This document shows, piece after piece, positions 37,268-47,354 of a stretch of 64,000 nt of DNA. Origin of the DNA: a virus (Duplodnaviria; Caudoviricetes). The first letter of the stretch is position 1. The number at the start of each line of letters is the position of its first letter. The translations under genes and the position numbers were made by a program. The stretch covers positions 7,093-71,092 of the IMG/VR virus record IMGVR_UViG_2974522809_000001; one strand, 5' to 3'. The notes under the pieces are model-generated. The model saw only the letters and a program-made list of their open reading frames with translations. It was not told the DNA's origin and ran no database searches.

Positions 37268-38611
37268 TTACAGCAGTCCGGCGATGGTCTCGGCGAACTC
37301 CCCCAGGTCGTCATCCCAAACGTCCTGGTAGGTCTCATAAACGGCCTGGCCCTCGTCCAGGCTGGTGATCTCGCTCAGCGCCAGGCGCGCGGTGGCGTAG
37401 CGCACCGCCTCCTTGCTGGGCACCGGTACGGCGTGCTGCGGTACCAGCTTCTCGGCCTCCTTGCGGCGGCGGCGGGTCTCAAGGCTGGTCACCATGGTCT
37501 CCGCGCCCCAGGTCAGGTCGATGGTGATGGCCGCTGCACGGTCGGGCTCGTTGCTGGGCACGTGCAGCAGGATGGCGAAGTCCTCGCGGATGGCAGGCAT
37601 GGGCTCCCAGCCCTTGCCGTCCACGGTGAGCATCTTGGTGGCCCAGCCGTACACGCCGCCCACCTGCACACCGAACGGCAGCCAGCTGTACTCCAGGCTC
37701 TTGCTGGTTTTCACGTCGCCCAGCACCAGCTCGCCCGTGGTCATCAGCTTGAAAATGCGGTCGATCTTGCCCGCTACCGGCTCCTCGCCCTGGTCGTTCA
37801 GCACGGTGCGCTCGACGTACTCCGGCAGCGCCACGATGCCCCGGTGGGCCATCACCTTGCGGGCGTAGTGGATGTGCGGCTTGACCACCTCGGGCACCTG
37901 GTGCAGCAGTACCAGCCCGCAGTCCAGGGCCTCCAGCCAAGCGTGAGCGCACTCGCCCAGCTCGCGGGCGTCGGCCCCGCCCATGCAGTTGTCGATGGTC
38001 TCCAGCACCGTGTTGATGCGCGTGACCTTGGGCTGGTTCATGGCCTCGTCCAGCAGGCCGATCAGATCGGCGGCGGTGACCTTCTCGGGGCTGCCGTCGT
38101 CGTAGACCACCTCGGTGGGGTCCATGCGCAGCAGGGCCACCACGCGGCCGACGGTCTCGCGCATGGCCCACTTGTGCAGGCCGGTCACGTCGTCCAGCGT
38201 CTTGGCGATGGTGGTGGCGCGCGGGTAGCCCGTGGGCCTGCCGGTGGTGGGGCTGGGCAGCTGGTACCAGCCCCAACCGTTGAACTTGCTCTCGGCGCGC
38301 GGCGGCGCAGGCGGGAGCGGGTAGTGCATCCACTGCGTGACGCGCTGCACCGCCTGGAAGTCCTCGGTGAGTTCGGTGGGGCCTGTACGGGCCATAGCGG
38401 GCTTCTCCTCGGTTGTTGGGGTGGTTGTGTCGGCGGGTGCCGTTTCGTGCGCCAGTGGGGCGCACAGCGGCGCAGGCGCGTCACTGGCGCGGTAGTCGGG
38501 GTGCGCCTGGGCCAGGTCGGCGGTCCACCCGTCGCCGGTCACACCCCGGTACCAGGTGGTGCCGTTGGTGTCGGTGCGGGCGGGATACTGCACCGCCATG
38601 CTGGCCATCAC
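37268..38611 (-). CDS. Cas4/RecB-like PD-(D/E)xK exonuclease (alternative start 38395)
   Basis: LGECAHAWLE, AGKIDRI and GDVKTSK motifs. Confidence 0.75.
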   Translation of the reverse strand: MMASMAVQYPARTDTNGTTWYRGVTGDGWTADLAQAHPDYRASDAPAPLCAPLAHETAPADTTTPTTEEKPAMARTGPTELTEDFQAVQRVTQWMHYPLPPAPPRAESKFNGWGWYQLPSPTTGRPTGYPRATTIAKTLDDVTGLHKWAMRETVGRVVALLRMDPTEVVYDDGSPEKVTAADLIGLLDEAMNQPKVTRINTVLETIDNCMGGADARELGECAHAWLEALDCGLVLLHQVPEVVKPHIHYARKVMAHRGIVALPEYVERTVLNDQGEEPVAGKIDRIFKLMTTGELVLGDVKTSKSLEYSWLPFGVQVGGVYGWATKMLTVDGKGWEPMPAIREDFAILLHVPSNEPDRAAAITIDLTWGAETMVTSLETRRRRKEAEKLVPQHAVPVPSKEAVRYATARLALSEITSLDEGQAVYETYQDVWDDDLGEFAETIAGLL

Positions 38612-40317
38612 GCCTCCAGGAACTTGTCGAGGACGCGGCTGGTCACCCGTACCGAAATCTCGTCACTCAGGCGGGCCTTGGTCATGTCGTCGTCAATGAC
38701 GATGCCCAGGGTGCGGGCGAACTTGAGCTGCGCTTCGCTGGGCTTCTGGTTGCGCCGCCAGCTGGCTTTGCGTACGGGCAGCTGCTGGTCCGACTCAACG
38801 ATCCACACCTCTGCGTTCTCCAGCGCGGTGGCCAGGTCGGTGAAGTCTGGATCGTCGGTGTGGATCGGGAACCGGCCGCTGGCGGTGACCCAACCGCCCC
38901 GGCGGCTGCGGGTGCCCATCTGGCCGATGGCCCAGCGCACCGTGTCGGCCTGGCCCTTGGGCGGCACGCGGTAGCCCTCGGGCATGATGAACACCACCTG
39001 GTTGTCCTCCATGAGCGGCAGGAACGGGATGCCGCCCACGGTCTCCATCCACACCAGATCGCTGTTGGCCAGCAGGTCGATAGACACCATGTCCACCGGC
39101 CCCTGGCGCACCTCCTTGACGGCAGGCTCGCCGCCACCGTCGCCCAGCAGGTCGTCCTCGTCCAGCTCGATGTCCTCGCCGAACTCGTCCACCTCGCGGG
39201 TCTCGGCCCCGGTGTCGAGCGCGGTCAGGCTGACCAGCTTCATGGCCCTGGTGCTGCCCGCCAGGTCGAGCACCAGCGCGTCGTCCTTGTTCGGGTACAG
39301 GCGCAGCGCCCGGCCGACCATCTGGCTGTAGAGGTTGCGGCTGCGGGTCGGCCGCGCCAGCACCACCGTGTCGCACATCGGGAAGTCAGCGCCCTCGGTG
39401 AGCACCTGCACCGTGACCAGCGCGCGGGCGGTGCCGTCGCGGAAACTCTCGTAGATGGGCAGGCGGTCCTCGTACTTCATCGCGCCGGTCACTGCCACGG
39501 CGGGGAAGTCGGCGGTGGTGAGCGCGTCGGCGATGTGGTGGGCGGCGTCGACACTGGCCGCGAAGATGATGGGGCGGCGGTCGGCGGCGTGCAGCTTGAT
39601 CGCATCCACGACGTACTGCGTGCAGGCTTCCATCACCTCGGCCAGCTCGCCCTGGTGGAAGTCACCGGCCACGCTGCGCACGTCATTGAGGGCATCCAGG
39701 CCCTTGATGCGCACCGTGAGGCCACGGGGCTGCACCAGGAAGCCCTTCTTGATGGCCCAGCGAATGTCCTTCTCGTAGCTGATCTTCTGGATAACGTCGC
39801 CCAGGCCGATGACGCCACGCTCGTTGCGGTACATGGTGGCGGTGAACCCGGCCATTAGGGCGTCGTCGTAGCCGCCCAGCTCGCTGAACGTGGTGTGGAA
39901 GCCCTCGGCTCCGGCGTGGTGCACCTCGTCCCAGAGGATGACGTGGCGCTTGCCCAGGGCCTGGCGGCGGTGAGCGGTGGCCAGCGTCTGGAGCGTGGCG
40001 AACACGATGTCGGCGTGGCTGTCGTCGGTCTCGGCGCGGACAATGCCGGTGCGGTCGGCGTAGTGGGGTGCCACCGCGATGAAGTCACGGCGCATCTGGT
40101 CGAGGAGTTCGCCCCGGTGGGCCAGGCACAGCACGCGCTGGCTGCGGTCGAGGGCGCGGCGTCCGGTCTCACCGATGACGCTGGACTTGCCCGAACCCGT
40201 GGGGAGAACGACACCTACACGGTTCTTGCCGCTGGCCCAGTCCCGCTCTACGGCGTCAACTGCGGCGACCTGGTAATCACGAAGCTGGCGCGGGGCCGGT
40301 GCTGCGGTGGTGGTCAT
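38608..40317 (-). CDS. SF2 DNA helicase
   Basis: 569 aa with LPTGSGKS (Walker A), DEVHH, GFTAT, VLTEGAD and QMVGRALR motifs. Confidence 0.92.
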   Translation of the reverse strand: MTTTAAPAPRQLRDYQVAAVDAVERDWASGKNRVGVVLPTGSGKSSVIGETGRRALDRSQRVLCLAHRGELLDQMRRDFIAVAPHYADRTGIVRAETDDSHADIVFATLQTLATAHRRQALGKRHVILWDEVHHAGAEGFHTTFSELGGYDDALMAGFTATMYRNERGVIGLGDVIQKISYEKDIRWAIKKGFLVQPRGLTVRIKGLDALNDVRSVAGDFHQGELAEVMEACTQYVVDAIKLHAADRRPIIFAASVDAAHHIADALTTADFPAVAVTGAMKYEDRLPIYESFRDGTARALVTVQVLTEGADFPMCDTVVLARPTRSRNLYSQMVGRALRLYPNKDDALVLDLAGSTRAMKLVSLTALDTGAETREVDEFGEDIELDEDDLLGDGGGEPAVKEVRQGPVDMVSIDLLANSDLVWMETVGGIPFLPLMEDNQVVFIMPEGYRVPPKGQADTVRWAIGQMGTRSRRGGWVTASGRFPIHTDDPDFTDLATALENAEVWIVESDQQLPVRKASWRRNQKPSEAQLKFARTLGIVIDDDMTKARLSDEISVRVTSRVLDKFLEA

Positions 40318-40416
40318 GGCGTGGCTTTCGTTTGGTTGTGGTGTGGTGCTGGTGAAGTGTGGTGGTGGTGGTCGCTCGGCCCCAGGTGGCAGGCCCTGGG
40401 ACCGTGCGACTCACCT

Positions 40417-40446
40417 AAACTAACCCGACTATTGCGGGTAAGTCAA
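40417..40446 (-). promoter_or_regulatory. Repeat promoter variant (copy 3) upstream of the helicase, without the leader hairpin
   Basis: Minus strand reads TTGACT TACCCGCAATAGTCGGGT TAGTTT. Confidence 0.75.
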
Positions 40447-40449
40447 CTG

Positions 40450-40683
40450 CTACTCGAAACGGCCGTCAAAATCCTGGTCAAGGTAGCCGGACACGTCCAC
40501 GTCGCGCATCTGGGGCACGTCGGTGAGCGCCAGCTTGACCTCCACGGCGGTGCGGACGTTGCCAGCCCTGCCCAGTACCTCGCGCACGGCGTCGGCCAGC
40601 TGCTTCTCGGCCTCCTCCACCGTGTCGGCGTAGTGCGTAGGGATGTCCACGGTTGCGCTGATGCCAGCGCGCAGCACGATCAC
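40450..40683 (-). CDS. Hypothetical protein
   Basis: 77 aa, GTGA overlap. Confidence 0.65.
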   Translation of the reverse strand: MIVLRAGISATVDIPTHYADTVEEAEKQLADAVREVLGRAGNVRTAVEVKLALTDVPQMRDVDVSGYLDQDFDGRFE

Positions 40684-41141
40684 GAAGCCACCTCGCCAGC
40701 TGCCGCCTGGAACACGTGGGCCAGCTTGGTGAGGCCCAGCAGCTTCAGCTCGTTGGCGCTCACCACGTCCCCGGTGGCGGCGTTCAGCACCTCCAGCAGG
40801 GCACGGGTCTCGTTGATCTGCACCGGGGACAGCAGGGCCTTGGGCTGCGTCACTGCCTTGCGCACGTCGTAGTCGGCGGGCGGGGAGTAGAACACGTACT
40901 CCACGTCGGTCACACCGACAGCCTTGCGGGCGTCGGCAACGGTGGGCGCGGCTCCACCCTTGCGCAGCTGCTTGGACAGCCAGTCACGCAGCGCACCCAT
41001 CTGCTGCGGCGACCACTCGCCCCGGTGGTTGTCGCGGTAATCGCGCACCGCCTGGGCATAGCTGGCCTGGGCCTTGTCGTGGTTGGCCAGGGCGGTCTTT
41101 GCCGCCTTGATCAGTGCGGCACGGTTGAACGAAACGGACAT
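40680..41141 (-). CDS. Hypothetical protein
   Basis: 153 aa, GAGGAG RBS with an AC-rich upstream tract. Confidence 0.75.
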   Translation of the reverse strand: MSVSFNRAALIKAAKTALANHDKAQASYAQAVRDYRDNHRGEWSPQQMGALRDWLSKQLRKGGAAPTVADARKAVGVTDVEYVFYSPPADYDVRKAVTQPKALLSPVQINETRALLEVLNAATGDVVSANELKLLGLTKLAHVFQAAAGEVAS

Positions 41142-41174
41142 GGTTGGGTCTCCTCTAGGTGGTTGTGGTGTAGA

Positions 41175-41492
41175 TCAGGGCATCACGACGCCGGGGCACG
41201 GCGTGCGCGGGTCGTTGTCGGTGGGCACGGGCGGCATACCGTCGCACACCCGGCCACTGCTGGAGCCGAATGCGAACGGGCCGGATCCCCACTGGCGGTG
41301 CCAGAAGCTGCCATCGGCCCAGAGGTCACAGTCCTCGTACCCTCCATAGCCGATGAAGCCCCCGCCGCCCCCGACGCAGGTGTTCGGTCCCGGCGGGATA
41401 GCGCCCGCGACAGCCGGTGCCAACACCGCGCCGCCCCAGAGCAGCGTGACGCCTGCTCCGAACGCCACCAGGGCCTTCTGTGCCTTGTTCAT
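41175..41492 (-). CDS. Small secreted protein (signal peptide, 4 Cys, Gly-rich)
   Basis: GAAAGGA RBS then MNKAQKALVAFGAGVTLLWGGAVLAPAVAGA. 105 aa; start moved from the ORF-track 42146. Confidence 0.75.
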   Translation of the reverse strand: MNKAQKALVAFGAGVTLLWGGAVLAPAVAGAIPPGPNTCVGGGGGFIGYGGYEDCDLWADGSFWHRQWGSGPFAFGSSSGRVCDGMPPVPTDNDPRTPCPGVVMP

Positions 41493-41524
41493 GGTTGTTT
41501 CCTTTCGTGGTTGTGTACTGCGGG

Positions 41525-44269
41525 TTAGTCCTGGTCGTTGACTTCGGCAGCGGCCAGGACGCGGGCCTGCTCGGCGGTGTTCACGCTCGGGATGTAGCGC
41601 GCCCCCGAAGGGGTGCCGGTCAGGGTCTCGATGAGCGAATAGCGCAGGCCCTTGTCCACGGCCTCGGCAATCCGCTGCTTCCAATAGATGGGCGTGTCGG
41701 CCCGGCTGATGGCGTAGGCGTCCGGCCGCACGGCCAGCGCAATCTCGGTGCGGGTCGCGCCCTGCTGCGTGAGCCGGTCCACGAACTCGCGGATGCGGAT
41801 CGCGGTCTCCACCACGGGCTCGGGCAGTGCACGGGCCAGCACGACCTCGCCCTGCATGGGGTCCACGCTGCCGTTGGGGCCGGTGATGAGCGGCGCGCTC
41901 ACACCGTCGGGCAGCTCGTAGTTGATCATCAGCAGGGGCAGCGGGTTCTCCAGCTGCTCGGCGTTCTTCTGCTTGCTGGTGGTGATCTCGATGCACTTGC
42001 CGGGCAACCGGCCGTTGTCGTCGGCAATCTGGCTCACGTCCCAGGTGGCCATGCGGACCAGCAGCTCGCTGTCCAGCGCACCATTGAGGGCACTGCTGCC
42101 GCGTGCGGTGTCCGGCGCGCCCTTGGCGGTGTGGTGCACCACGCAAACGCCCGCGTTGGTCAGCTCGCGCAGCTTGTCGAACCGGCGCACCGCCTTGCCC
42201 ACGTCGGTGGCGCTGTTCTCCTCCAGCCCGGCGCTCATACGGGCGAACGTGTCGAACACCACCAGGCCGATGCCCTGCCGCGCGATGTAGGCGGCAATCT
42301 CACCCCAGGCCTCGTTCTGGGCGCTCACCAGGATGATGCCGTTGCCCAGCAGCAGGTCGTCGGCCAGGTCCACCTCGTGGGCGTCCTCCCATGCCTTGAG
42401 GCGCTGCACGGCACCGCTCAGGCCCTCACCGGGCAGGTACAGCACGCGCGTCTTGCGGGTCTGGCGTCCCTGCCAGTTCTTGCCGGTGGCGATGTGGCAG
42501 AGCATGTCCAGCACGACCGTCGACTTGCCGACGCCGGGAGGCCCGATCACGCTGCTGAGCCCGCCGTGCTCGATCAGCCCGTCGATGATGTACTCCGGCG
42601 GCGGCATGTCCCGCCAGTGGCTGAACGGTGCGATGCGCGGCACCCCGTTGTGCGGGCTGTCGAACACGTCGGGGTCGGGGTCGTCCACCTCGTCGGCATA
42701 GGGGCTGTCGGCCTTCTCCGACTTGCCGAAGTCGGCGGGCAGGTCGGACAGGTCGGCGGCGTACTCGACCGGGGTGTCGGCCAGGCGTTCCTCCACCAGG
42801 TCGGGCAATTCCTGCACGGCGTGGCTGTTGTGGTACCACACGCCGTCATCGCCCTCCCGCGCGTCGTCCGGCCCAATGGTGGTACCGCAGGCGCAGACGA
42901 TGGTGTTGTCCTCGGCCTGGTCCTCAGTGTCGACCGGCTCGGGCAGGCTGAACTCCCCGTCGCCGTTCATCTTGTGCTCGCGGTCGACGCCCTTGGGGTC
43001 CAGGCCCGGCTCCACGCTCAGGTCCGGCGTCACGTCCATGTCGTCCATGGCCTTGCCGACGTTGCCGCCGTAGTTGATCAGCGCCACCGCCTGGAGCTTG
43101 CTGATGGTGCTGGTGCCCTTCTCGGCTACCCAGGCGTCGAACGGCTCGGCAGGGTTGTCGGTCCAGATGTGCAGCGGCGCGTTGGTCTCGGTGTAGCGGC
43201 CAGCGGTGCAGCCGGTGTCGTGCGCGGTGGCAGACTTCGGGCTGGCGTGGACGCCCGGCGCGGTCCATACGGCGCACCCGCACCCGTCGGCGCGCGGGGC
43301 CGGGGTCCAGCCCAGAGGCTCCAGGATGTCGGCCCAGCTGACCGTCTCAGCCCAGGCGTCGATGGCCGTGGCCAGCTCACTGGCCTCGGGGCTGGCGGTA
43401 GCGGCAGCGCGCTGCACCCGGCGCTCCCCCGCCTCCAGGATGGCCTGGCCCAGCCAGTCCGGCAGCTCGTAGACGTGGCCCAGCTGTTCGTAGGCACCCT
43501 CGGGCCGGGTGGACGGCGGGATGAGCACATACCGGCGGTCCCAGAGCACTGCGAACCCGTTGTCGCCGCCCCAGGTCATTGCGCCGATGTTGTTGGAGGC
43601 CACGCGCGGCAGCACCGGCAGCAGCTCGTCGGGCACGGTGAACCAGAAGTGCCCGCCATCGGCGTGCGCCCAGGTGCTGGGGTCGTCGGGGTCGGCGTCC
43701 GGTCCCAGCTGGCCGGGCGTCAGGATGGTCGGGGCCGGGCGGGAGTCCTCGGGGATTTCGGCGGCTTCAAACCACCGGTCCATCTGGGCGGCGGTGTCGC
43801 AGTCGACCACCACCACACCAGAGCTGCCCACCTCCACGGCCAGGTTCACGGCGGCGGGCCGGGCCATGGCGATCTCGCCAGCGTCGAACTGTTTCTTGTT
43901 GTAGGGCGTCTCATCGCCCCAGGTGCCGTCGGCCAGCACCTCCACCCACGTGCTGAACAGCTCGATGTAGCGCTTGAGGTACCGCTCCAGTACGGGCTTG
44001 TCGCTGGTGGCCAGCGCCAGCCCGCGTGCGCTCTTGACGGTCTGCCAATCGCGCCGACCAGCGGCCTGGGCCTCCTCCTGGGCCAGCTTATCGTCTTTGC
44101 GCTTGGCCTGCGGGGTGCGCAGGTCGGCGGGCACCTTGCTGTCGGGGTAGATGAACAAGAGGTTCAGCCCCAGGTCAGCGGCCTGCCGGAGGAACGCGCG
44201 GACGGCTTCGTGGTCGGTGTTGTCGACACCGGAGCCCAGTACGGCCTCCAGCGGTTTGGATCCGAGCAT
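41525..44269 (-). CDS. DNA primase/helicase (prim-pol-like N-terminus + AAA RepA-like helicase)
   Basis: 914 aa with VVVVDCD, GGHFWF, GPPGVGKS, YLPGEG and VFDTFAR motifs. Confidence 0.88.
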   Translation of the reverse strand: MLGSKPLEAVLGSGVDNTDHEAVRAFLRQAADLGLNLLFIYPDSKVPADLRTPQAKRKDDKLAQEEAQAAGRRDWQTVKSARGLALATSDKPVLERYLKRYIELFSTWVEVLADGTWGDETPYNKKQFDAGEIAMARPAAVNLAVEVGSSGVVVVDCDTAAQMDRWFEAAEIPEDSRPAPTILTPGQLGPDADPDDPSTWAHADGGHFWFTVPDELLPVLPRVASNNIGAMTWGGDNGFAVLWDRRYVLIPPSTRPEGAYEQLGHVYELPDWLGQAILEAGERRVQRAAATASPEASELATAIDAWAETVSWADILEPLGWTPAPRADGCGCAVWTAPGVHASPKSATAHDTGCTAGRYTETNAPLHIWTDNPAEPFDAWVAEKGTSTISKLQAVALINYGGNVGKAMDDMDVTPDLSVEPGLDPKGVDREHKMNGDGEFSLPEPVDTEDQAEDNTIVCACGTTIGPDDAREGDDGVWYHNSHAVQELPDLVEERLADTPVEYAADLSDLPADFGKSEKADSPYADEVDDPDPDVFDSPHNGVPRIAPFSHWRDMPPPEYIIDGLIEHGGLSSVIGPPGVGKSTVVLDMLCHIATGKNWQGRQTRKTRVLYLPGEGLSGAVQRLKAWEDAHEVDLADDLLLGNGIILVSAQNEAWGEIAAYIARQGIGLVVFDTFARMSAGLEENSATDVGKAVRRFDKLRELTNAGVCVVHHTAKGAPDTARGSSALNGALDSELLVRMATWDVSQIADDNGRLPGKCIEITTSKQKNAEQLENPLPLLMINYELPDGVSAPLITGPNGSVDPMQGEVVLARALPEPVVETAIRIREFVDRLTQQGATRTEIALAVRPDAYAISRADTPIYWKQRIAEAVDKGLRYSLIETLTGTPSGARYIPSVNTAEQARVLAAAEVNDQD

Positions 44270-44302
44270 GTGGTAGCGCCTTTCGTGGTTGTGGTGGTGC
44301 GG

Positions 44303-44965
44303 TTAGACGTAGCGGCCGGGCTTGCTGGCGATGCCGCCGCCCAGGGCCAGGTAGCCCACGCCGTCGGTCCAGCTGTCGGCGTGGTTGGGCGTCTTGATCA
44401 GGCGGGCGATCTTGACCAGTGCCATGCAGATGGCCACCTGCTCGGCGGTGACCTCATGGCCCAACACCACCGCCCAGAGCGCGCCGGTCTCGGTGAAGTT
44501 GACCTCGGCATCGCCGTACACGGCGTTGCGGTCGTTGTTCACCAGGTCGGCGGCGGTCTCGCAGATGTCCCGCGCCCGGCTGCCGGTGGTGGACAGCTTG
44601 GCCGCGATGTCGACCAGGGCATCCTGGCGGGCCTTGAGGCGCTGGGCCTTGGTGTCGGGGTCCAGCTCGCCGCGAAGGTCCAGGTACTGCTCGCGGGCCG
44701 ACAGGCCGGTGAGCGGTGGCACGTCCATCTGGATGGCCTCACCCTGGTGGCAGTGGCACCCCAGCGAGTGGCTGTCGTTGGGGCAGGCGGCGGTCTTGGG
44801 CTGGTCGGCGTCGGGCACGGGGGTCTCCTCGGTGGTTGTGGTGCGGGCCAGCTTAGCTGCGGCAATCTCGCGCTCGAATGACCCGCAGGTGCAGGCGATT
44901 CCGTCGGGACGCAGGAACTCGCAGTCTGGGGAATGCAGGATGTCGCGCCTGCGGTAGCCGCTCAT
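44303..44965 (-). CDS. DUF6378-like protein (alternative start 44818)
   Basis: C-terminal DRNAVYGD...MALVKIAR...DSWTDGVGY pattern. Confidence 0.7.
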   Translation of the reverse strand: MSGYRRRDILHSPDCEFLRPDGIACTCGSFEREIAAAKLARTTTTEETPVPDADQPKTAACPNDSHSLGCHCHQGEAIQMDVPPLTGLSAREQYLDLRGELDPDTKAQRLKARQDALVDIAAKLSTTGSRARDICETAADLVNNDRNAVYGDAEVNFTETGALWAVVLGHEVTAEQVAICMALVKIARLIKTPNHADSWTDGVGYLALGGGIASKPGRYV

Positions 44966-46782
44966 ACCTTGGCCCAGGCTGAGCCCATGTCGGCGCGGTC
45001 GGTGCGCAACACCGGCACCCGCTCGGCCCAGGTGATCAGGAACTGCGGCGGCGTCAGCATGATCTGCTGGACCTCCTCGGCCACCTCGGTGTCCACCACC
45101 AGCTCGTCGTGCATGGCCAGCTGGAGGTGGTCAGCGATACCGCGCCGCTCCATCTCCACGATGCTGTGCGCCAGCACGTCGTAGGCGCTGCCCTGGATGG
45201 CGTAGTTGACCGCCTTGTACTCGAACCCAGGGTCCACCGGCAGAATGCGCCCGCCAGCGGTGACCACCCGGCCGTAGGTCTCGGCCACGTTCTGGACCTT
45301 GCGCATCCAGCGCTCGCAGCCCTTCATCGCCTCGAACATCTGCCGCCTGATCTGGGCTGCGGACTCCTCGGTGTGGCCGATCTGGCGGGCCAGCTTGGCG
45401 ATGCCCAGCCCGTACATGGTGCCGAGCAGAACCACCTTGGCCACCGGCCGCTCGATACCGGCGCTGCGCTGAATCGGCTCATACAGGTCTTCCCCGGCCT
45501 CGAACGGGGCCAGGAATGCGTGGTCCTGGGCCATCAGCGCCATGGTGACCGGCTCGATCTGGCTCCAGTCGATACTGGTCAGGCCCTGCCCGTCGTCGGT
45601 GATGATGGCCCGCGCGTCGGCGGGGAACTGCTGGAGTTCGGGGCTGCCATAGCTCATGCGGCCGGTGGCGCTGGCCCCCAGCACGCCCACCTGGGGATGG
45701 CAGCGGCCGGTCACGCTGGCCTGCCGGTCGACCTTCTCCAGGTAGCCCATCACCTTCTCGATCTGGGCCAGCTTGCGCTGCGCAGCGGCCAGCGGATGGT
45801 CCAGGCCCTCCAGTAAGTCCTTGGTGGCCTTGAGCTTTCGGGTCGGGGTGCGCGGCCAGGGCTCGGGCAGCTCGCCGCGCTCATACAGGTACTCCACCAG
45901 CTTGGCACCCTTGCCGGAGCCGCCCTCCAGGCCATGCGCGGCCAGCTCGGCAATGGCCAAGTTGCGGTCCACGTCGACCTGCTCGGCGTAGCGGTCCAGG
46001 TAGGCGCGGTCCACGGCCAGGCCCACGGCGCTGCGCCGGAGCATCACGCGGTGGACGGTCTCCTGGGTGCCCAGCAGCGCAGCCGCCTGGCCCTCGCTGG
46101 TGGCCCCGTAGGTGCTGAACGGATGATCGGTGGACCAGTGATGCGCCTTGGCCCGCATGATCGGCTCGATTGCCAGGGTGGCCACGGTGTCGGCCATCGC
46201 GCCGTAGCGGTACACCGGGCTGGTGATGTCCATGCCCTCGAACCCGGCCTGCTGAGTCTTGTACCCGGCAGCCTTGAAGGCGCGCTCGAGCCCACCCTTG
46301 TCGTCGGACAGGCCCAGGTGCCGGATGCTCAGCGCGGTGAGGTTCTTGGGGACCATCACGTCGGGCACCGCGAACCGCGCCACCACCAGCGTGTCGATGA
46401 TCTTGTTCACGTCCACCAGGTCGAGCAGCTGGGCGTGGTGCAGGATCGGCACGTCGAACGGCGCGTTGTGGAACACCAGATGGGCGGCGTGCTCCACCAC
46501 GTCGCGCACGATCGCATGGTCGGCCCCGGTGCGGGCCGGGTCGAGGATGACCGTGTGGACCTGGCCTGCCGGGGTGGCCCAGGCGAACGTGACGCAGTTG
46601 ATGGTGAAGCTGTTCAGGCCCGGCGTCTCGATGTCCATGGCCACGGTGACGGTGCCGGGCTCGGTGCCGTAGATCAGCTCACCGCAGGCCAGCCGGGCGT
46701 TCTGGCCGGTGTGCATGGTGGCGTCGAGCACCGGGTCATACCAGGTGCGGCTGGGCACGCGGGGAATGGCGGTGGTAGTCAC
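44962..46782 (-). CDS. DNA polymerase, family A (3'-5' exonuclease + polymerase)
   Basis: DIET, HNAPFD, IDWSQIE, KVVLLGTMYG and MHDE motifs. GTG 46782 overlaps the upstream TGA. Confidence 0.93.
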   Translation of the reverse strand: MTTTAIPRVPSRTWYDPVLDATMHTGQNARLACGELIYGTEPGTVTVAMDIETPGLNSFTINCVTFAWATPAGQVHTVILDPARTGADHAIVRDVVEHAAHLVFHNAPFDVPILHHAQLLDLVDVNKIIDTLVVARFAVPDVMVPKNLTALSIRHLGLSDDKGGLERAFKAAGYKTQQAGFEGMDITSPVYRYGAMADTVATLAIEPIMRAKAHHWSTDHPFSTYGATSEGQAAALLGTQETVHRVMLRRSAVGLAVDRAYLDRYAEQVDVDRNLAIAELAAHGLEGGSGKGAKLVEYLYERGELPEPWPRTPTRKLKATKDLLEGLDHPLAAAQRKLAQIEKVMGYLEKVDRQASVTGRCHPQVGVLGASATGRMSYGSPELQQFPADARAIITDDGQGLTSIDWSQIEPVTMALMAQDHAFLAPFEAGEDLYEPIQRSAGIERPVAKVVLLGTMYGLGIAKLARQIGHTEESAAQIRRQMFEAMKGCERWMRKVQNVAETYGRVVTAGGRILPVDPGFEYKAVNYAIQGSAYDVLAHSIVEMERRGIADHLQLAMHDELVVDTEVAEEVQQIMLTPPQFLITWAERVPVLRTDRADMGSAWAKV

Positions 46783-47354
46783 GGGGCGACCCGATTCCAC
46801 GCGGTGGCCAGGGCCTCGCGCAGCTCGTCGGCGGTGGCGTCGTCACCGATCTGCTCCATGGCTGCGCTGATGGCCGCGTCCAGCTCGTTGAACAGCGCGT
46901 CCCGGCCCTCCTGCCGGGCCTGCTCGATCTTCTCTTCCACCTCGTTGTCGGGGGTCATCGTCTCGTTGTCGATGTCCTCCTGGTGGGCGCAGCCATCGGC
47001 GTGGCCCTCGTCGTACTTGGCTTCCAGCATGTCGCCGTTCACGCCAGGCCCAGCCCAGCCCGACCCGTCGGGGCAGCGGTACTCGCCGGTCTCGGTGTGA
47101 ATCCAGCCCCGGTCACCGCCCTGGTCGCTGTGGACGGGATGGCCGCACTCGGGGCACGCGCCGCGCTCGGTGAAGGGGCTGGCCGGGCTGTGGGCCGGTG
47201 CCGGGGGCGCGCTGGCCTCCAGCTCGGCGGCAGCGTTGCGCATTCGCTTGAGCATGGCGGCACTGACGTTGCCAACGATGTCGCCGTGGTTCTCCAGCAG
47301 GGCCACGGCGGCGCGCAGCTCGGCGGCGCTCGGGGTGTCGGGCAGGGCGGTCAC
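46779..47354 (-). CDS. Hypothetical protein with CxxC motif
   Basis: GTGA overlap, 191 aa, CPECGH...YRCPD. Confidence 0.7.
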   Translation of the reverse strand: MTALPDTPSAAELRAAVALLENHGDIVGNVSAAMLKRMRNAAAELEASAPPAPAHSPASPFTERGACPECGHPVHSDQGGDRGWIHTETGEYRCPDGSGWAGPGVNGDMLEAKYDEGHADGCAHQEDIDNETMTPDNEVEEKIEQARQEGRDALFNELDAAISAAMEQIGDDATADELREALATAWNRVAP

